Assembly: GCA_964016885.1 (NCBI GenBank)
Contig: OZ024747.1
Span: 85,808,001 to 85,872,000, forward strand
DNA length: 64,000 nt
From: Eledone cirrhosa
Taxonomy: Eukaryota
Direction: 5' to 3'
The translations under genes and the position numbers were made by a program. Below, piece by piece: positions 14,374 to 26,686 of the stretch. A model generated the notes under the pieces. That model was not told the origin of the DNA. It made no database searches and saw only the letters and a program-made list of their open reading frames with translations. Each line of letters starts with the position of its first letter. The stretch's first letter is position 1.

Positions 14374-14851
14374 CTGAAGGGGCTTCTATAGGGAGATCAT
14401 AACCCCAGCTGCCAGACCACATCTGAAGGGGCTTCCATAGGGAGATCATAACCCCAGCTGCCAGACCACATCTGAAGGGGCTTCCATAGGTAGATCATAA
14501 CCCCAGCTGCCAGACCACATCTGAAGGGGCTTCCATAGGGAGATCATAACCCCAGCTGCCAGACCACACCTGAAGGGGCTTCCATAGGGAGATCATAACC
14601 CCAGCTGCCAGACCACACCTGAAGGAGCTTCCATAGGGAGATCATAACCCCAGCTGCCAGACCACATCTGAAGGGGCTTCCATAGGTAGATCATAACCTC
14701 AGCTGCCAGACCACACCTGAAGGGGCTTCCATAGGGAGATCATAACCCCAGCTGCCAGACGACATCTGAAGGGGCTTCCATAGGGAGAGCATATCCCCAG
14801 CTGCCAGACGACATCTGAAGGGGCTTCCATAGGGAGAGCATATCCCCCAGC
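14374..14851. repeat. 49-bp tandem repeat, ~10 units
   Basis: ctgaaggggcttccatagggagatcataaccccagctgccagaccacat at 14374, 14423, 14472 ... 14815. Confidence 0.97.
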
Positions 14852-15274
14852 GGGGCCAATATAAAGCGGAAAAGGATCCTGGCCATCAGCGACATGTACC
14901 AATCCTGCTGCCGTGAGAACTATCCCACTACAACATCACACTGACGGAACTCTGACGAGACACGGTGGTCGGGCGGCGACCAGTGACTAATCTAGAGAAG
15001 CCTTGAGGACCGGACGGACCTCTATGGTGTGGTACTGGTCATGTCCAACCACGTCCCCATGTCATTCATGTGCTGGAATATATATACATACATACATACA
15101 TACATACATACATACATTCATTCATACATACATGCATACATATATATATATATATACAAATAATTATTATTAACATAGATTAAAAGTTTAAACAAATAAT
15201 ATATATATACATTACATTTAAATTAATAATAGTCGAAAGAAAAATTCTGTAAAGTGTACTATCAATATATATAT

Positions 15275-15360
<86 letters not shown>

Positions 15361-15471
15361 TATGAAATGATTAACATTCCAAACATATTCCAGGCAATGT
15401 CCAAAATATCCAACTCTGTCGCTATAGTGAACAAACTGCAGAATATACGTAATATATATATGTATATATAC

Positions 15472-15643
<172 letters not shown>

Positions 15644-15952
15644 ACCACGTAAATTTGTAAATCGGTGGCTGGTCGGGGGACGGAGTGGTATCAGATTCCA
15701 GTTGCTAATCACTTTACTGTGTCGGCCGTCACATATAGTCATGGCCGGCATGGACTGGGGCTGAACTCTGTTCATCGATTGGTTATTGATTAGGCGATAC
15801 CGGCTGATGAATCCACATGCGCCGATTATGCATTGTTGCAGCAATAGGGTGCAGTGCACCCTATTGCTGCATTAAGACTCGAGTCCGGGAACTAATATAG
15901 ACACCCGTTTACGAGTGTTGTGTTGAAGCGAATAACTATAATAAGTATACAC

Positions 15953-16162
15953 TGGAATGTATTCTACATTATCTATTGAGTATGGAATGTATTCTACATT
16001 ATCTATTGAGTATGGAATGTATTCTACATTATCTATTGAGTATGGAATGTATTCTACATTATCTATTGAGTATGGAATGTATTCTACATTATCTATTGAG
16101 TATGGAATGTATTCTACATTATCTATTGAGTATGGAATGTATTCTACATTATCTATTGAGTA
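15953..16162. repeat. 30-bp tandem repeat, 7 perfect units
   Basis: (tggaatgtattctacattatctattgagta)7. Confidence 0.98.
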
Positions 16163-16457
16163 CGCTGAAATACAACCGGTCCTGGCATTGTTAAATACGC
16201 TGGGTCCGTCAACTTCTTATTATATATATATGTGTATGTGTGTGTATATATATACATATATATGTAAATATATATATGTATGTATGTACTTAATACATTA
16301 ACAGAGAAAGCTAATAGCGACCAACTTCCATCTCACCCAACAAATATTAGGAGATACCTAAGTATATTCCTAATTATACGTTTGGGGTGCTAACTATATT
16401 GTATTATGTGGAAAGTCGGCTGTATTATTTTATATGAGACAGAATTAAATAATATAG

Positions 16458-16507
<50 letters not shown>

Positions 16508-16625
16508 ATATATATATCCAGGAGGGAGTGTAACGCGGAGTTTCTGTACGTTCACCCGGGTGAGCACTCTATGTTTAGGTTCACGTCAGTAGCGAGGTGT
16601 ACAGCTAGACAGAGTGTAATATAAT

Positions 16626-16806
16626 AATTGTTTCTACTTTTGGCACAAGGCCAGCAATTATCCCAGTGTATTACTGGTACTTTATTTTATCGACCCTGTA
16701 AGGATGAAAGGCAAAGTAACCTCGGCGGAGTTTGAATTCAAACCATAAAGGGCCGTAACTCTTTGCTGCAAAGCATGGCGTCCGACCCTCTACCGATATT
16801 GCCAAT
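16626..16806 (-). mobile_element. SINE family A
   Basis: Reverse complement of the consensus. Confidence 0.9.
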
Positions 16807-17289
16807 ATAAGGACGAATGGTTACTCCTTCATTGCGTTTATTGGTTGGTGACGCGCGTTTCGCTATTGTATGCATGTTTATTGTATGTATATATGTATAT
16901 ATGTATGTTCTGGTTTTATAATTTCACAAATGTCTGCCAATAGAGAGAGAGTCGGTTTCTAGCCTAGTTACAAGACTGTCTCATTGGAATTTACACAACA
17001 TCATCTAGGTAGATATGTATGTCTCCATGCATGCGTGTAGGTATGGATGTTATTGTATGTGTGGATGTGCATGTTTTGAGTTGTATGTGTGCATGTGTAT
17101 ATGCTTTGTGTCTGTACATGTGTATATGCAGTTATTAGATGCTAAATTTTTGGAATGTTTTACATATTTGTACTGTTCCATTAATGGATTGTATTTGTAA
17201 TTTCCTAACTAGAAGGAACGAAATCTGTTCAGTGGGTTCGTGTGGCAGAAGCGCAGCATGGTAACATATATATAAGTAATAATAATAAA

Positions 17290-17414
17290 ATATGAAGACT
17301 AAAATCCGAAGAGGGCTCGATAAGGATAATATATATATAAATAGAGAACATATTTATTAAAATATCCCGTGAAGGGTGAAAGCAGCGATTCTTTGCTTAA
17401 ACTTTAATCTGTTA

Positions 17415-17421
<7 letters not shown>
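17290..17421. mobile_element. Short remnant of HHR-bearing pLTR family X; two halves in opposite orientation
   Basis: aagactaaaatccgaagagggctcgataagga matches 30148 and 51118; cccgtgaagggtgaaagcagcgattctttgcttaaactttaatctgttattttaat matches 63787-63842. Confidence 0.75.
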
Positions 17422-17472
<51 letters not shown>

Positions 17473-17595
17473 TTCGGTGGATAAGGATGCAATTCCATCA
17501 AGCACTCGACGTCATGTTATTTTTTCAAAATAAGGATGACGGAGTATATTTAGAATGAGGAAGATATGAAGTTGTAGATGTCCTTTATTAATAGA

Positions 17596-17646
17596 GCCGT
17601 TATACATATTTCAATGACGATAGATATCGTGATTTCATCAGACAGC
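17596..17646 (-). ncRNA. Type I hammerhead ribozyme motif
   Basis: gctgt-CTGATGA-aatcacgata tc tatcgtcatt-GAAA-tatgtata-acggc; stem I gctgt/acggc, 9-bp stem II with one C-C mismatch, AUA cleavage triplet. Confidence 0.72.
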
Positions 17647-17689
17647 AAAATTGAGTAAAAGGTAACATTTCCGAGGCAACTATGGGTAG

Positions 17690-17951
17690 AAAGGAACGGG
17701 CTGAAACATCTACAACTTCGCATCTGTCTCATTCCTCATGTCAACATGAATGGACCTGTTACTTTTATCTAAAGACATTTTTTCCAATTCCACCCCGCCT
17801 GTTCCTTCAATCTATTTTATTTCTCATTCTTTCTTCTGATGAAGGATTAGCGTCCGAAACGTTAAGACCCTCTTCCTGCTATATCAAGCGTTAACCTAAT
17901 ATATACCTTCCATATACTGTACCGATTGTGTTGTTATTTCTGTTTACCTTT

Positions 17952-17957
<6 letters not shown>
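17690..17957 (+). mobile_element. Penelope-like (Neptune-type) 3' end/pLTR remnant, family Y
   Basis: Possible ORF end ...MNGPVTFI*, pyrimidine-rich linker, HHR, then a tail into (TA)n; related copies at 20948-21131 (-) and 37145-37345 (+). Confidence 0.7.
17832..17867 (+). ncRNA. Minimal type I hammerhead ribozyme motif (PLE type)
   Basis: tctt-CTGATGA-a-gga ttagcg tcc-GAAA-cgtt-aaga; palindromic AACGTT stem III; stem I tctt/aaga. Confidence 0.8.
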
Positions 17958-17992
<35 letters not shown>

Positions 17993-18116
17993 GTTTGCAT
18001 GTACATATGCATATATATATGTATATATACACACATATATGCGCGTGCATGTATGTGGTGTGTGTGATCGAAATGGTCTCAGCTTGGCCGCAGGACTTAC
18101 ATGCGTTAAATAGTAT

Positions 18117-20201
18117 TGTAGCAGTTGCCTCCCTTGTTGTGACTCACAACCCCAATAGATTAACAACATCTAGACGGGAAGTAGAACCCTTTCTGTAACT
18201 TCCGGTCAGAACCCTATAAAACTAACAACTTTAAGTTCTCACTCTCTCATTTGCCCTTCCGGCGCCTGGCCTTCGCCAGGCGTCTTCTGCCAGCCTGCGT
18301 TTGCCTGGCAATCAAAACGGTAACTACTAACTTTGCTTCATTCTTTCGTTTATTCATTGACATGTCAACTATACTGTTAAATTGTGGATTAAATATTATA
18401 CACACAAACCATGTCTCTTTGTTACATTCATACACCCAGTATCCCGCTAGATTGGTAACCCTGACGTGATACGAACACGCAGCCGTTCATTGTTATAAGT
18501 GGTCACCCCGAAAAAAGAAAAAAATAGCAGAGTCTGGTGTTGTGTGAGTAACATTACGAATACACAGCAAATTTATTGACAAACTATGAAAATACTCAGT
18601 CAAAGAAACGCACACACGCATTTGTGAAACTTTCGTGCAGACATTTTTTTTTCCCTCACGCATCCAGTAACTGTCGCAGTTTGCTGTATATATATATATG
18701 TTTCTCCAAGAAACGAACACACCACGCACATGTGAAATTCGCGTTCAGACAGACTTTTTCTCTCACGCATCAACTAACTGTCGCATTTCACGATATATAT
18801 ATGTTTCTCGTTTCCTACAACGAACACTTTCAAAACAAAAAAAAAAAAAGAAATTTGATATTTTTTTTTAAAAACATTTCAACAGGAACATTTATTTTCG
18901 ATGAACCATTGCCTTTTTTTTTTTTTTTTTTTTTTCATCGTTTTCTTCATCGTTCAAGTTTTTTTTCAAAGTTCACACCAATAATTATGCTGAGTGAAGC
19001 CTTTCTTTTTCATCATTGTCACTTTCACACTTGCACTATCATTTTCTGGCGCGTTAGAAATATTATTTTTTCAACCTAACTTAACTTTGTATTGGCACGT
19101 GTAGGCAGCACAAATTCTCAACTCAAGGAGATATATCGACTCACAGAGATAGCCGCACGCCAGAGATAACGTTTCTCGTCAAGGATTCTTCAGCCTTAAG
19201 CTATATTCTCCTATTTGCCGGTTTAAAAATTTACCACGTAAATTTGCCGTTGAAAACTGCGCATTTATTCAGAATGCTTATTTCTTTGGTCGCTGGCCTC
19301 TTGTCCCTTCCAGGTCAACGCATTCTCAACATCGACCATCAACTTCGGCTGTTATTTCTAACACTTTGCGCAACTCATTTTTTCCGAAAAAATCTTTTTT
19401 TACTGTGAATTTAAACACCGAATACGCTCACCCCGCGAGACAACAACATCAACAGCAACACAGCTTCACCAACAACCAAAACCAGCAGAACAAGCCAGAG
19501 AATTTATTTTTGCAGCACTCTTCCTGTGAGAAAATCCATTCGGAGGTTGGAAATTTCACGATATACCACAGAACAGAAACCACCTGCATTCATTCTCTGG
19601 AACACACTTTCTTTCCTGCTGTCATGTGATTGCACACCTGTGAACTATATTTTGTACATTTCAACTTTGAGCTCTTCTCTTACTTTATTACATTGTATCT
19701 TTGGGTGATGGATAGATAGATGTCCAGTCGTTCTCTGGCCAAGAGCGGTTGGCTACCTTGATATCTATCATTGATTTTTGAAAACATTCTTTTGTCGTAA
19801 TTTTCATGCCTGTTACAATATTCTCGCCAACTTGCTACATATTTCATTCGATTTTTATATTCTAAAATTCTGGCGGGAGGTTATGTAGCAGTTGCCTCCC
19901 CAATAGATTAACAACATCTAGACGGGAAGTAGAACCTTTTCTGTAACTTCCGGTCAGAACCCTATAAAACTAACAACTTTAAGTTCTCACTCTCTCATTT
20001 GCCCTTCCGGCGCCTGGCCTTCGCCAGGCGTCTTCTGCCAGCCTGCGTTTGCCTGGCAATCAAAACGGTAACTACTAACTTTGCTTCATTCTTTCGTTTA
20101 TTCATTGACATGTCAACTATACTGTTAAATTGTTGATTAAATATTATACACACAAACCATGTCTCTTTGTTACATTCATACAACCCAGAGTTTCCGCTAT
20201 A
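18117..20201 (+). mobile_element. Non-autonomous LTR retrotransposon (LTRs 18117-18451 and 19884-20201)
   Basis: Near-identical direct repeats TGTAGC...GCTA(G/T)A; PBS tggtaaccctgacgtgat at 18453-18470 (tRNA-Trp type, 2 mismatches); PPT ggcgggagg at 19872-19880; GTAT TSD; no recognisable internal coding capacity. Confidence 0.92.
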
Positions 20202-20803
20202 GTATCGACACTAATTTGTTTAAGTCAGGAATGTAAAGTTGTATAACGGTCTTAGTCGTCTTTATTAGTATCATAGCGTCATCTCTCTCTACATATGTAA
20301 ATATATATATGTAAGTGTATAAGTATGTGTGTGCGTGTATATATATATATATATACATGCACACACACACAAACATATACTTATACTCCCCCTCCGGAAT
20401 CCCCCCCCCCTCTGACCCCTCCCCATCCACACGCGCACACACACACCGACCTACACCCCACCCCACACACACACCTTTTCCTGAACATAGAACCTCGTTC
20501 TTCCCCCCAACTCTCACATTCACATACACACACACACACGTTCACCTACACACATACACCACCTTCAGCCCTCCCCGCTCGGACACCCCGCCTCCCTCTC
20601 CCCATTCCACCCGCCACCCCCTACACGCCCACACCCTTCCACCACTTGTTTATCTTCATGTTTATTTTTATTTTTATTTTTTTTATATTTATTTTTATTT
20701 GTACCCCTTCCACCCCCCCCCTTTTCTAAATGTCTCTCCACCCTCGGAACTCTTCCCACACACTTTTTCCACACCCTCGGAACTCTTCCCACACACTTTT
20801 CGC

Positions 20804-20831
20804 CTGAAGAAGGGCTTATGCCCGAAACGTC
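20804..20831 (+). ncRNA. Hammerhead core in a PLE pLTR remnant (~20690-20920)
   Basis: CTGAAGA-a-GGGC ttat GCCC-GAAA-cGTC; stem I is lost (followed by a C run); AATAAA downstream. Confidence 0.7.
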
Positions 20832-20917
20832 CCCCCCCCCCACCACTCTCAACAGCGTGAAACTAATAAACCTTTGTTCGTACTGCCTCTCTGTTTTGTT
20901 CCCGTTCCATTTTTCAC

Positions 20918-20953
<36 letters not shown>

Positions 20954-21037
20954 AAAGGTAAACAGAAATAAAAACACAATCGGTACAGTATATGGAAGGT
21001 ATATATTAGGTTAACGCTTGATATAGCAGGAAGAGGG

Positions 21038-21073
21038 TCTTAACGTTTCGGACGCTAGTCCTTCGTCAGAAGA
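21038..21073 (-). ncRNA. Minimal hammerhead motif in a family Y pLTR copy (20948-21131)
   Basis: tctt-CTGACGA-a-GGAC tagc GTCC-GAAA-cgtt-aaga. Confidence 0.82.
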
Positions 21074-21633
21074 AAGAATGAGAAATAAAATAGATTGAGG
21101 GGACGGGCGGGATGGAATTGGAAAAATTGTCCATATATATCACTCTCTCTCTCTCTGTCTCTCTTTCTCTCAATCTTTCCCTTTACATATCTCACTCTTC
21201 ACCCTCTTTCTTAACAGTGCTTCAGTTGTGATCTTCCACCATTTATTTCAAATATTTCTCTCTGGTCTTCTCTTTAACGCTGTTCCAACCATTACCAGAA
21301 GAATTACCATGATTCTCATTCAACTAAAGGATAACCAATTCCGGGATCAACTTAACCGAAATTAAATAATATTAGATATATATTAATACCTCGTTCTTAA
21401 TATGCAATGGAATAATACGAAATATAACAAAGACATTCCAGACACCATCATGTGTTCTTGATTACAAGGGGTTTGGTTGTCAGAGTTGAAGATGGGGTGG
21501 ATGATATATTGTAAAAGGGTACATCTTTGTTAAAAATAATATAAATATTTTTTTTGATATGTACATTCATGCATTTCCATTCGACAAACTAACAACCAAT
21601 TCAATGCATTATTTTCTGGCCAACATAATATAA

Positions 21634-21817
21634 GGTGGATTGGCAGTATCGGGAGAGGGTCGGACGCCATGCTTTCCAGCATAGTTACGTCCCTTTACGG
21701 TCTGAGTTCAAATCCCGCCGAGGTTGACTTTGCCTTTCATCCTTACGGGGTCGATAAAATAAAGTACCAGTAATGCACTGAGTAATTGCTGGCCTTGTGC
21801 CTAAAGTAGAAACAATT
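21634..21817 (+). mobile_element. SINE family A
   Basis: Consensus match; TSD attattttctggccaaca. Confidence 0.93.
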
Positions 21818-21884
21818 ATTTTCTGGCCAACACCGGGTGTAAGTTTTGTAGTTATTATATATTATTAGCCCGACCATACCCTCC

Positions 21885-23935
21885 ACCGTCTTTACCCCCA
21901 CCGCCATCATCACCACCATCATCACCGCGATCACCACCACCACCACCACCATCACCACCATCACCATCATCACCACCATCACCACCATTACCACCATCAC
22001 CACATTCACCATCACCACCACCATCACCACCATCACCATCATCACCACCATCACCACCATCACCACCACCATCACCACCATCACCACCATCACCACATTC
22101 ACCATCACAACCACCATCACCACCATCACCATCATCACCACCATCACCACCATCACCACCACCATCACCACCATCATCATCATCACCATCATCGCCACCA
22201 TCACCACCATCACCACCACCACCACCACCATCACCATCATCATCACCACCATCACCACCATCATCATCATCACCATCATCGCCACCATCACCACAAGTGC
22301 CTCTACAAATATCTACAAAAATATGACTATCATCCCTAGTAATTCCATCACCACCATCTACATCATCACCACCACCACCACCACCATCTACATCATCACC
22401 ACCACCACCACCACCATCTACATCATCACCACCACCACCACCACCATCTACATCATCACCACCACCACCACCACCATCTACATCATCACTATCACCACCA
22501 CCACCACCACCATCATCACTATCACCACCACCACCACCACCATCTACATCATCACCACCACCACCACCACCATCTACATCATCACCACCACCACCACCAC
22601 CATCTACATCATCACTATCACCACCACCACCACCACCATCATCACTATCACCACCACCACCATCTACATCATCACCACCACCACCACCACCATCTACATC
22701 ATCACTATCACCACCACCACCACCACCATCATCACTATCACCACCACCACCATCTATATCATCAGTATCACCACCACCACCATCTACATCATCACTATCA
22801 CCACCACCACCACCACCACCATCTACATCATCACTATCACCACCACCACCACCACCATCATCACTATCACCACCACCACCACCACCATCTACATCATCAC
22901 CACCACCACCACCACCATCTACATCATCACTATCACCACCACCACCATCTGCATCATCACTATCACCACCACCACCATCTACATCATCACTACCACCACC
23001 ACCACCATCTGCATCATCACTATCACCACCACCACCACCACCATCATCACTATCACCACCACCACCATCTACATCATCACTACCACCACCACCACCATCT
23101 GCATCATCACTATCACCACCACCACCATCTACATCATCACCACCACCACCACCACCATCTGCATCATCACTACCACCACCACCACCATCTGCATCATCAC
23201 TATCACCACCACCACCATCTACATCATCACTACCACCACCACCACCATCTGCATCATCACTATCACCACCACCACCACCATCATCACTATCACCACCACC
23301 ACCATCTACATCATCACTACCACCACCACCACCATCTGCATCATCACTATCACCACCACCACCATCTGCATCATCACTATCACCACCACCACCATCTACA
23401 TCATCACTACCACCACCACCACCATCTGCATCATCACTATCACCACCACCACCACCATCATCACTATCACCACCACCACCATCTACATCATCACTATCAC
23501 CACCACCATCACCACCACCACCACCACTACCATCAGTACCAACACTACCATCACCACCACCACCACTACCACCACCACCACCACCACTACCATCAGACCA
23601 ACACTACCATCACCACCACCACTACCATCAGTACCAACACTACCATCACCACCACCACTACCATCAGTACCAACACTACCATCACCACCACCACTAATAC
23701 CATCACCACCACCACTACCATCAGTACCAACACTACTATCACCACCACCACCACTACCATCAGACCAACACTACCATCACCACCACCACTACCATCAGTA
23801 CCAACACTACCATCACCACCACCACTACCATCAGTACCAACACTACCATCAGACCACCACTACCATCAGTACCAACACTACCATCACCACCACCACTAAT
23901 ACCATCACCACCACCACTACCATCACTACGGGAAC
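21885..23935. repeat. (ACC/ATC)n-based low-complexity and minisatellite array (27-30-bp and 30-36-bp units)
   Basis: Units accaccaccaccatct(a/g)catcatcact and catcagtaccaacactaccatcaccaccacc. Confidence 0.95.
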
Positions 23936-24149
23936 CAGAATGTAAGAATATGACCAAATCCACGTGGGAGTGTTACACAACGTTAGAACTGTTGATAAGA
24001 AATATTGGTGATATTCGTCACATTCCTGAAATATCTGAAATTTCTGCTTTTCTAGAACATTCCAAAATATTTTCTGGACACCTTTAAGTTTACTAGTTTA
24101 ACGTTTTAAGAAAATATAATCACTTCCTTTTAATAACTCCTGGAATATA

Positions 24150-24310
24150 TAGGTATGTTTAGTAGTTAGGGTGTTTGATTCACGATTGCAATGTCGTGGG
24201 TTCTATTGCTGCACTGGGAGGCACGTTAGGTTTTTGTGCAAAACACTTTATTTCATGTTACTCTTGTGAAAATGGATACTATCACCCGGGGGCTAATCCT
24301 ACTATGGACT
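24150..24310 (+). mobile_element. Degenerate tRNA-head SINE (family B)
   Basis: cacgattgcaatgtcgtgggttctattgc...gcaaaacactttatttcatgtt resembles 29848-29960. Confidence 0.55.
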
Positions 24311-24504
24311 CATTACACACACACACACACACACACACATACACACATACACACACACATACACACATATATATATATATATATAATCAACGGCCTTCCA
24401 AACTGTTTCTGTCTACCCAAATTCACTCACAAGACTCGGGTCAACACTAGATCTTATATACACAAGCACACACAAATATAAATTCATATATATATATATG
24501 CATG

Positions 24505-24570
<66 letters not shown>

Positions 24571-25062
24571 ATTTAAAAGATTGTTTAATGTTTACTTGTT
24601 CCGCTCATATTTACAGTTCTGGTATCTCAAATTAGTACCATGGAACAACCACTATTATAGACACCATATATATTTCCGTGGGTACTTAGTACTGGAATAT
24701 CTATATCATTTATCTGAATTCTCCTTAATGTTGAGAAAAAATGTTGTATCATGCTGCTATATCTAGTAACATGAAATATCAACGAGTCTATTATTCCCGC
24801 TTTTTCTAACGGCCAATTTGTGTGGTGGTCATTTTAACGGCTTGATTCATTCACCGGGCAGAAAGCGATACATCCACATCTACGTGGATTTATATCTAGT
24901 AGGTTTGGAAAAGCTATCTGAAGAGCTATATCTTTCCATTGGAAATTCCCTGAATTTCCAATCTTTTGATTAGCGAAACCGTCGGTCATGGCACTAGAAG
25001 ACGTAAATATTTAAATCGTATTTAAATTTATTTAAAAGATTGTTTAATGTTTACTTGTTCCG

Positions 25063-25068
<6 letters not shown>
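24571..25068 (+). mobile_element. PLE pLTR-like unit with a ~40-bp terminal direct repeat, flanked by (TA)n
   Basis: atttaaaagattgtttaatgtttacttgttccgctcatat occurs at 24571 and 25030; contains an HHR. Confidence 0.72.
24913..24992 (+). ncRNA. Type I hammerhead ribozyme with canonical core and GUC cleavage site
   Basis: gctat-CTGAAGA-GCTA...attggaaattc cct gaatttccaat...TAGC-GAAA-cc gtc gGTC-atggc. Confidence 0.85.
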
Positions 25069-25113
<45 letters not shown>

Positions 25114-25228
25114 AATTGAGGTTGATTAATGAGGAATTTTGAGGAGTGTTCTGTCTCTTATGTGTTCCATGTGCCATTACCAACCTCAATTTTCTCTATA
25201 ACCTTCGTTTTGTGTAGAAAATTACACT

Positions 25229-25271
<43 letters not shown>

Positions 25272-25452
25272 CATGTGTGTGTGTATATATATGGGATAAC
25301 AAGTTATCGTTATAGGTAATCCAGTTAGAGGTTGTGAGTACTCTGTACTATGGATAGTTTTAACGTACGGCGTTGTTTGATTCAACAAAGGTTTCCTTAG
25401 TTAGGTACCGAATTTGCGAGAATTCTCATGTAGTTTATTCTTGGAGTAATAA

Positions 25453-25733
25453 TAGTGAAAGAGTGAAGAATAACATGGTCGGCTGTACATCCTTAATGTG
25501 TTGGAAGGCTGGATCTTTTAATTATTGCTAAAGTTTAATAAACAGCCCTCCAAATTGTTTACGTCTACCCAAATTCCACTGATTTGATCAGAGACGCACA
25601 CTGCATTTAAGGTCGAGTGACGCAATTTCGAGTGATCCGCCGCCTTTAGACTCAATGAAACAATTGTTAATACTGTAAATAGTGTAAATAAAACCCTTTT
25701 TGTACAGCCGACCCCTTGTTATTCTTCACTCTT

Positions 25734-25739
<6 letters not shown>
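25453..25739. mobile_element. MITE-like element with ~37-bp TIRs and TA ends; partial inverted copy at 25790-25917
   Basis: tagtgaaagagtgaagaataacatggtcggctgtaca / tgtacagccgaccccttgttattcttcactctttcacta. Confidence 0.75.
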
Positions 25740-25776
<37 letters not shown>

Positions 25777-25944
25777 TGTTGTGTTGACCCGATACTTTTG
25801 AATAAATTTGGGTAGACGTAAACAATTCGGAAGGCCGTTAATTAAACTTTAACAGTAATTAAAAGAGCCAGCCTTCCAACACATTTAGGATGTACAGTCG
25901 ACCATGTTATTCTTCACATTTTTGGGGACACCCTGTATATACAT

Positions 25945-26017
<73 letters not shown>

Positions 26018-26244
26018 TGCATATATGTATTTTATATATACTATTATTAGTTAAACTTAAATGTGTCTCGTGAGAAAAAGTGATTTGCTTCGCTCGACTG
26101 AGCTTTTCAAACGGACCACAATATCCGTTTGTCACGAATCAATTTAAATTTCAACTCATAAATTATAATCTATATTCTCGCCGTCAAACTTCACCTTCAC
26201 ACATTTAGTTGACTGTGGCTTCTGGGTTATTGCTAGCCCCTCCT

Positions 26245-26276
<32 letters not shown>

Positions 26277-26499
26277 GAGAAATAGCGAGATGTTTTGTAT
26301 GTGTGACTCTGGCTGGGTATATGTGTGCAGTGGTATGGTGTGGAGTGGTGTGGTAGATCCCACGCCTCTCTGCTCCCTTTTATGTGAACTGTCTGTTTAA
26401 ATACTGCATTTAAAAACATTTTGTCAAATAACCGTCGTTAAGACTAATAGACACACACTCATATATAATGAGTGTTTGTGTATTATATATATATAAAGA

Positions 26500-26680
26500 T
26501 ATATGAGAAGACACAGTTAGAACCAAGCAGTGGAAAGTCCCAGAGGAGTCTACAGTTGCCATGTGTGTGCCAGAGATTGCAAGTCTTCGGCTGGTTTAAA
26601 GAGCCACATTCGTGCCTCCCATTTTTGAGCATTTTGAGCATCAGGCGATGGCCATGCTCGAACAGAAGTTTGCGGCCATT
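26500..26680 (+). pseudogene. RTE-clade LINE 3' end remnant (C-terminal C2H2-like finger)
   Basis: CHVCARDCKSSAGLKSHIRA at ~26557-26616. Confidence 0.6.
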
Positions 26681-26686
26681 ATGTAT

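Noticed and set aside
14953-14980. CTGACGA-GAC..GTC hammerhead-like start
   Set aside because: No GAAA follows stem II.
19165-19196. Minus-strand CTGAAGA...GAAACGTT in the LTR element interior
   Set aside because: Only a 2-bp stem II and no stem I.
18247-20183. Duplicated 62-aa ORF
   Set aside because: Lies antisense within the two LTRs, so the duplication is trivially explained.
22323-23945. 540-aa Thr/Ile mucin-like ORF
   Set aside because: Triplet satellite with no domain or splice support.
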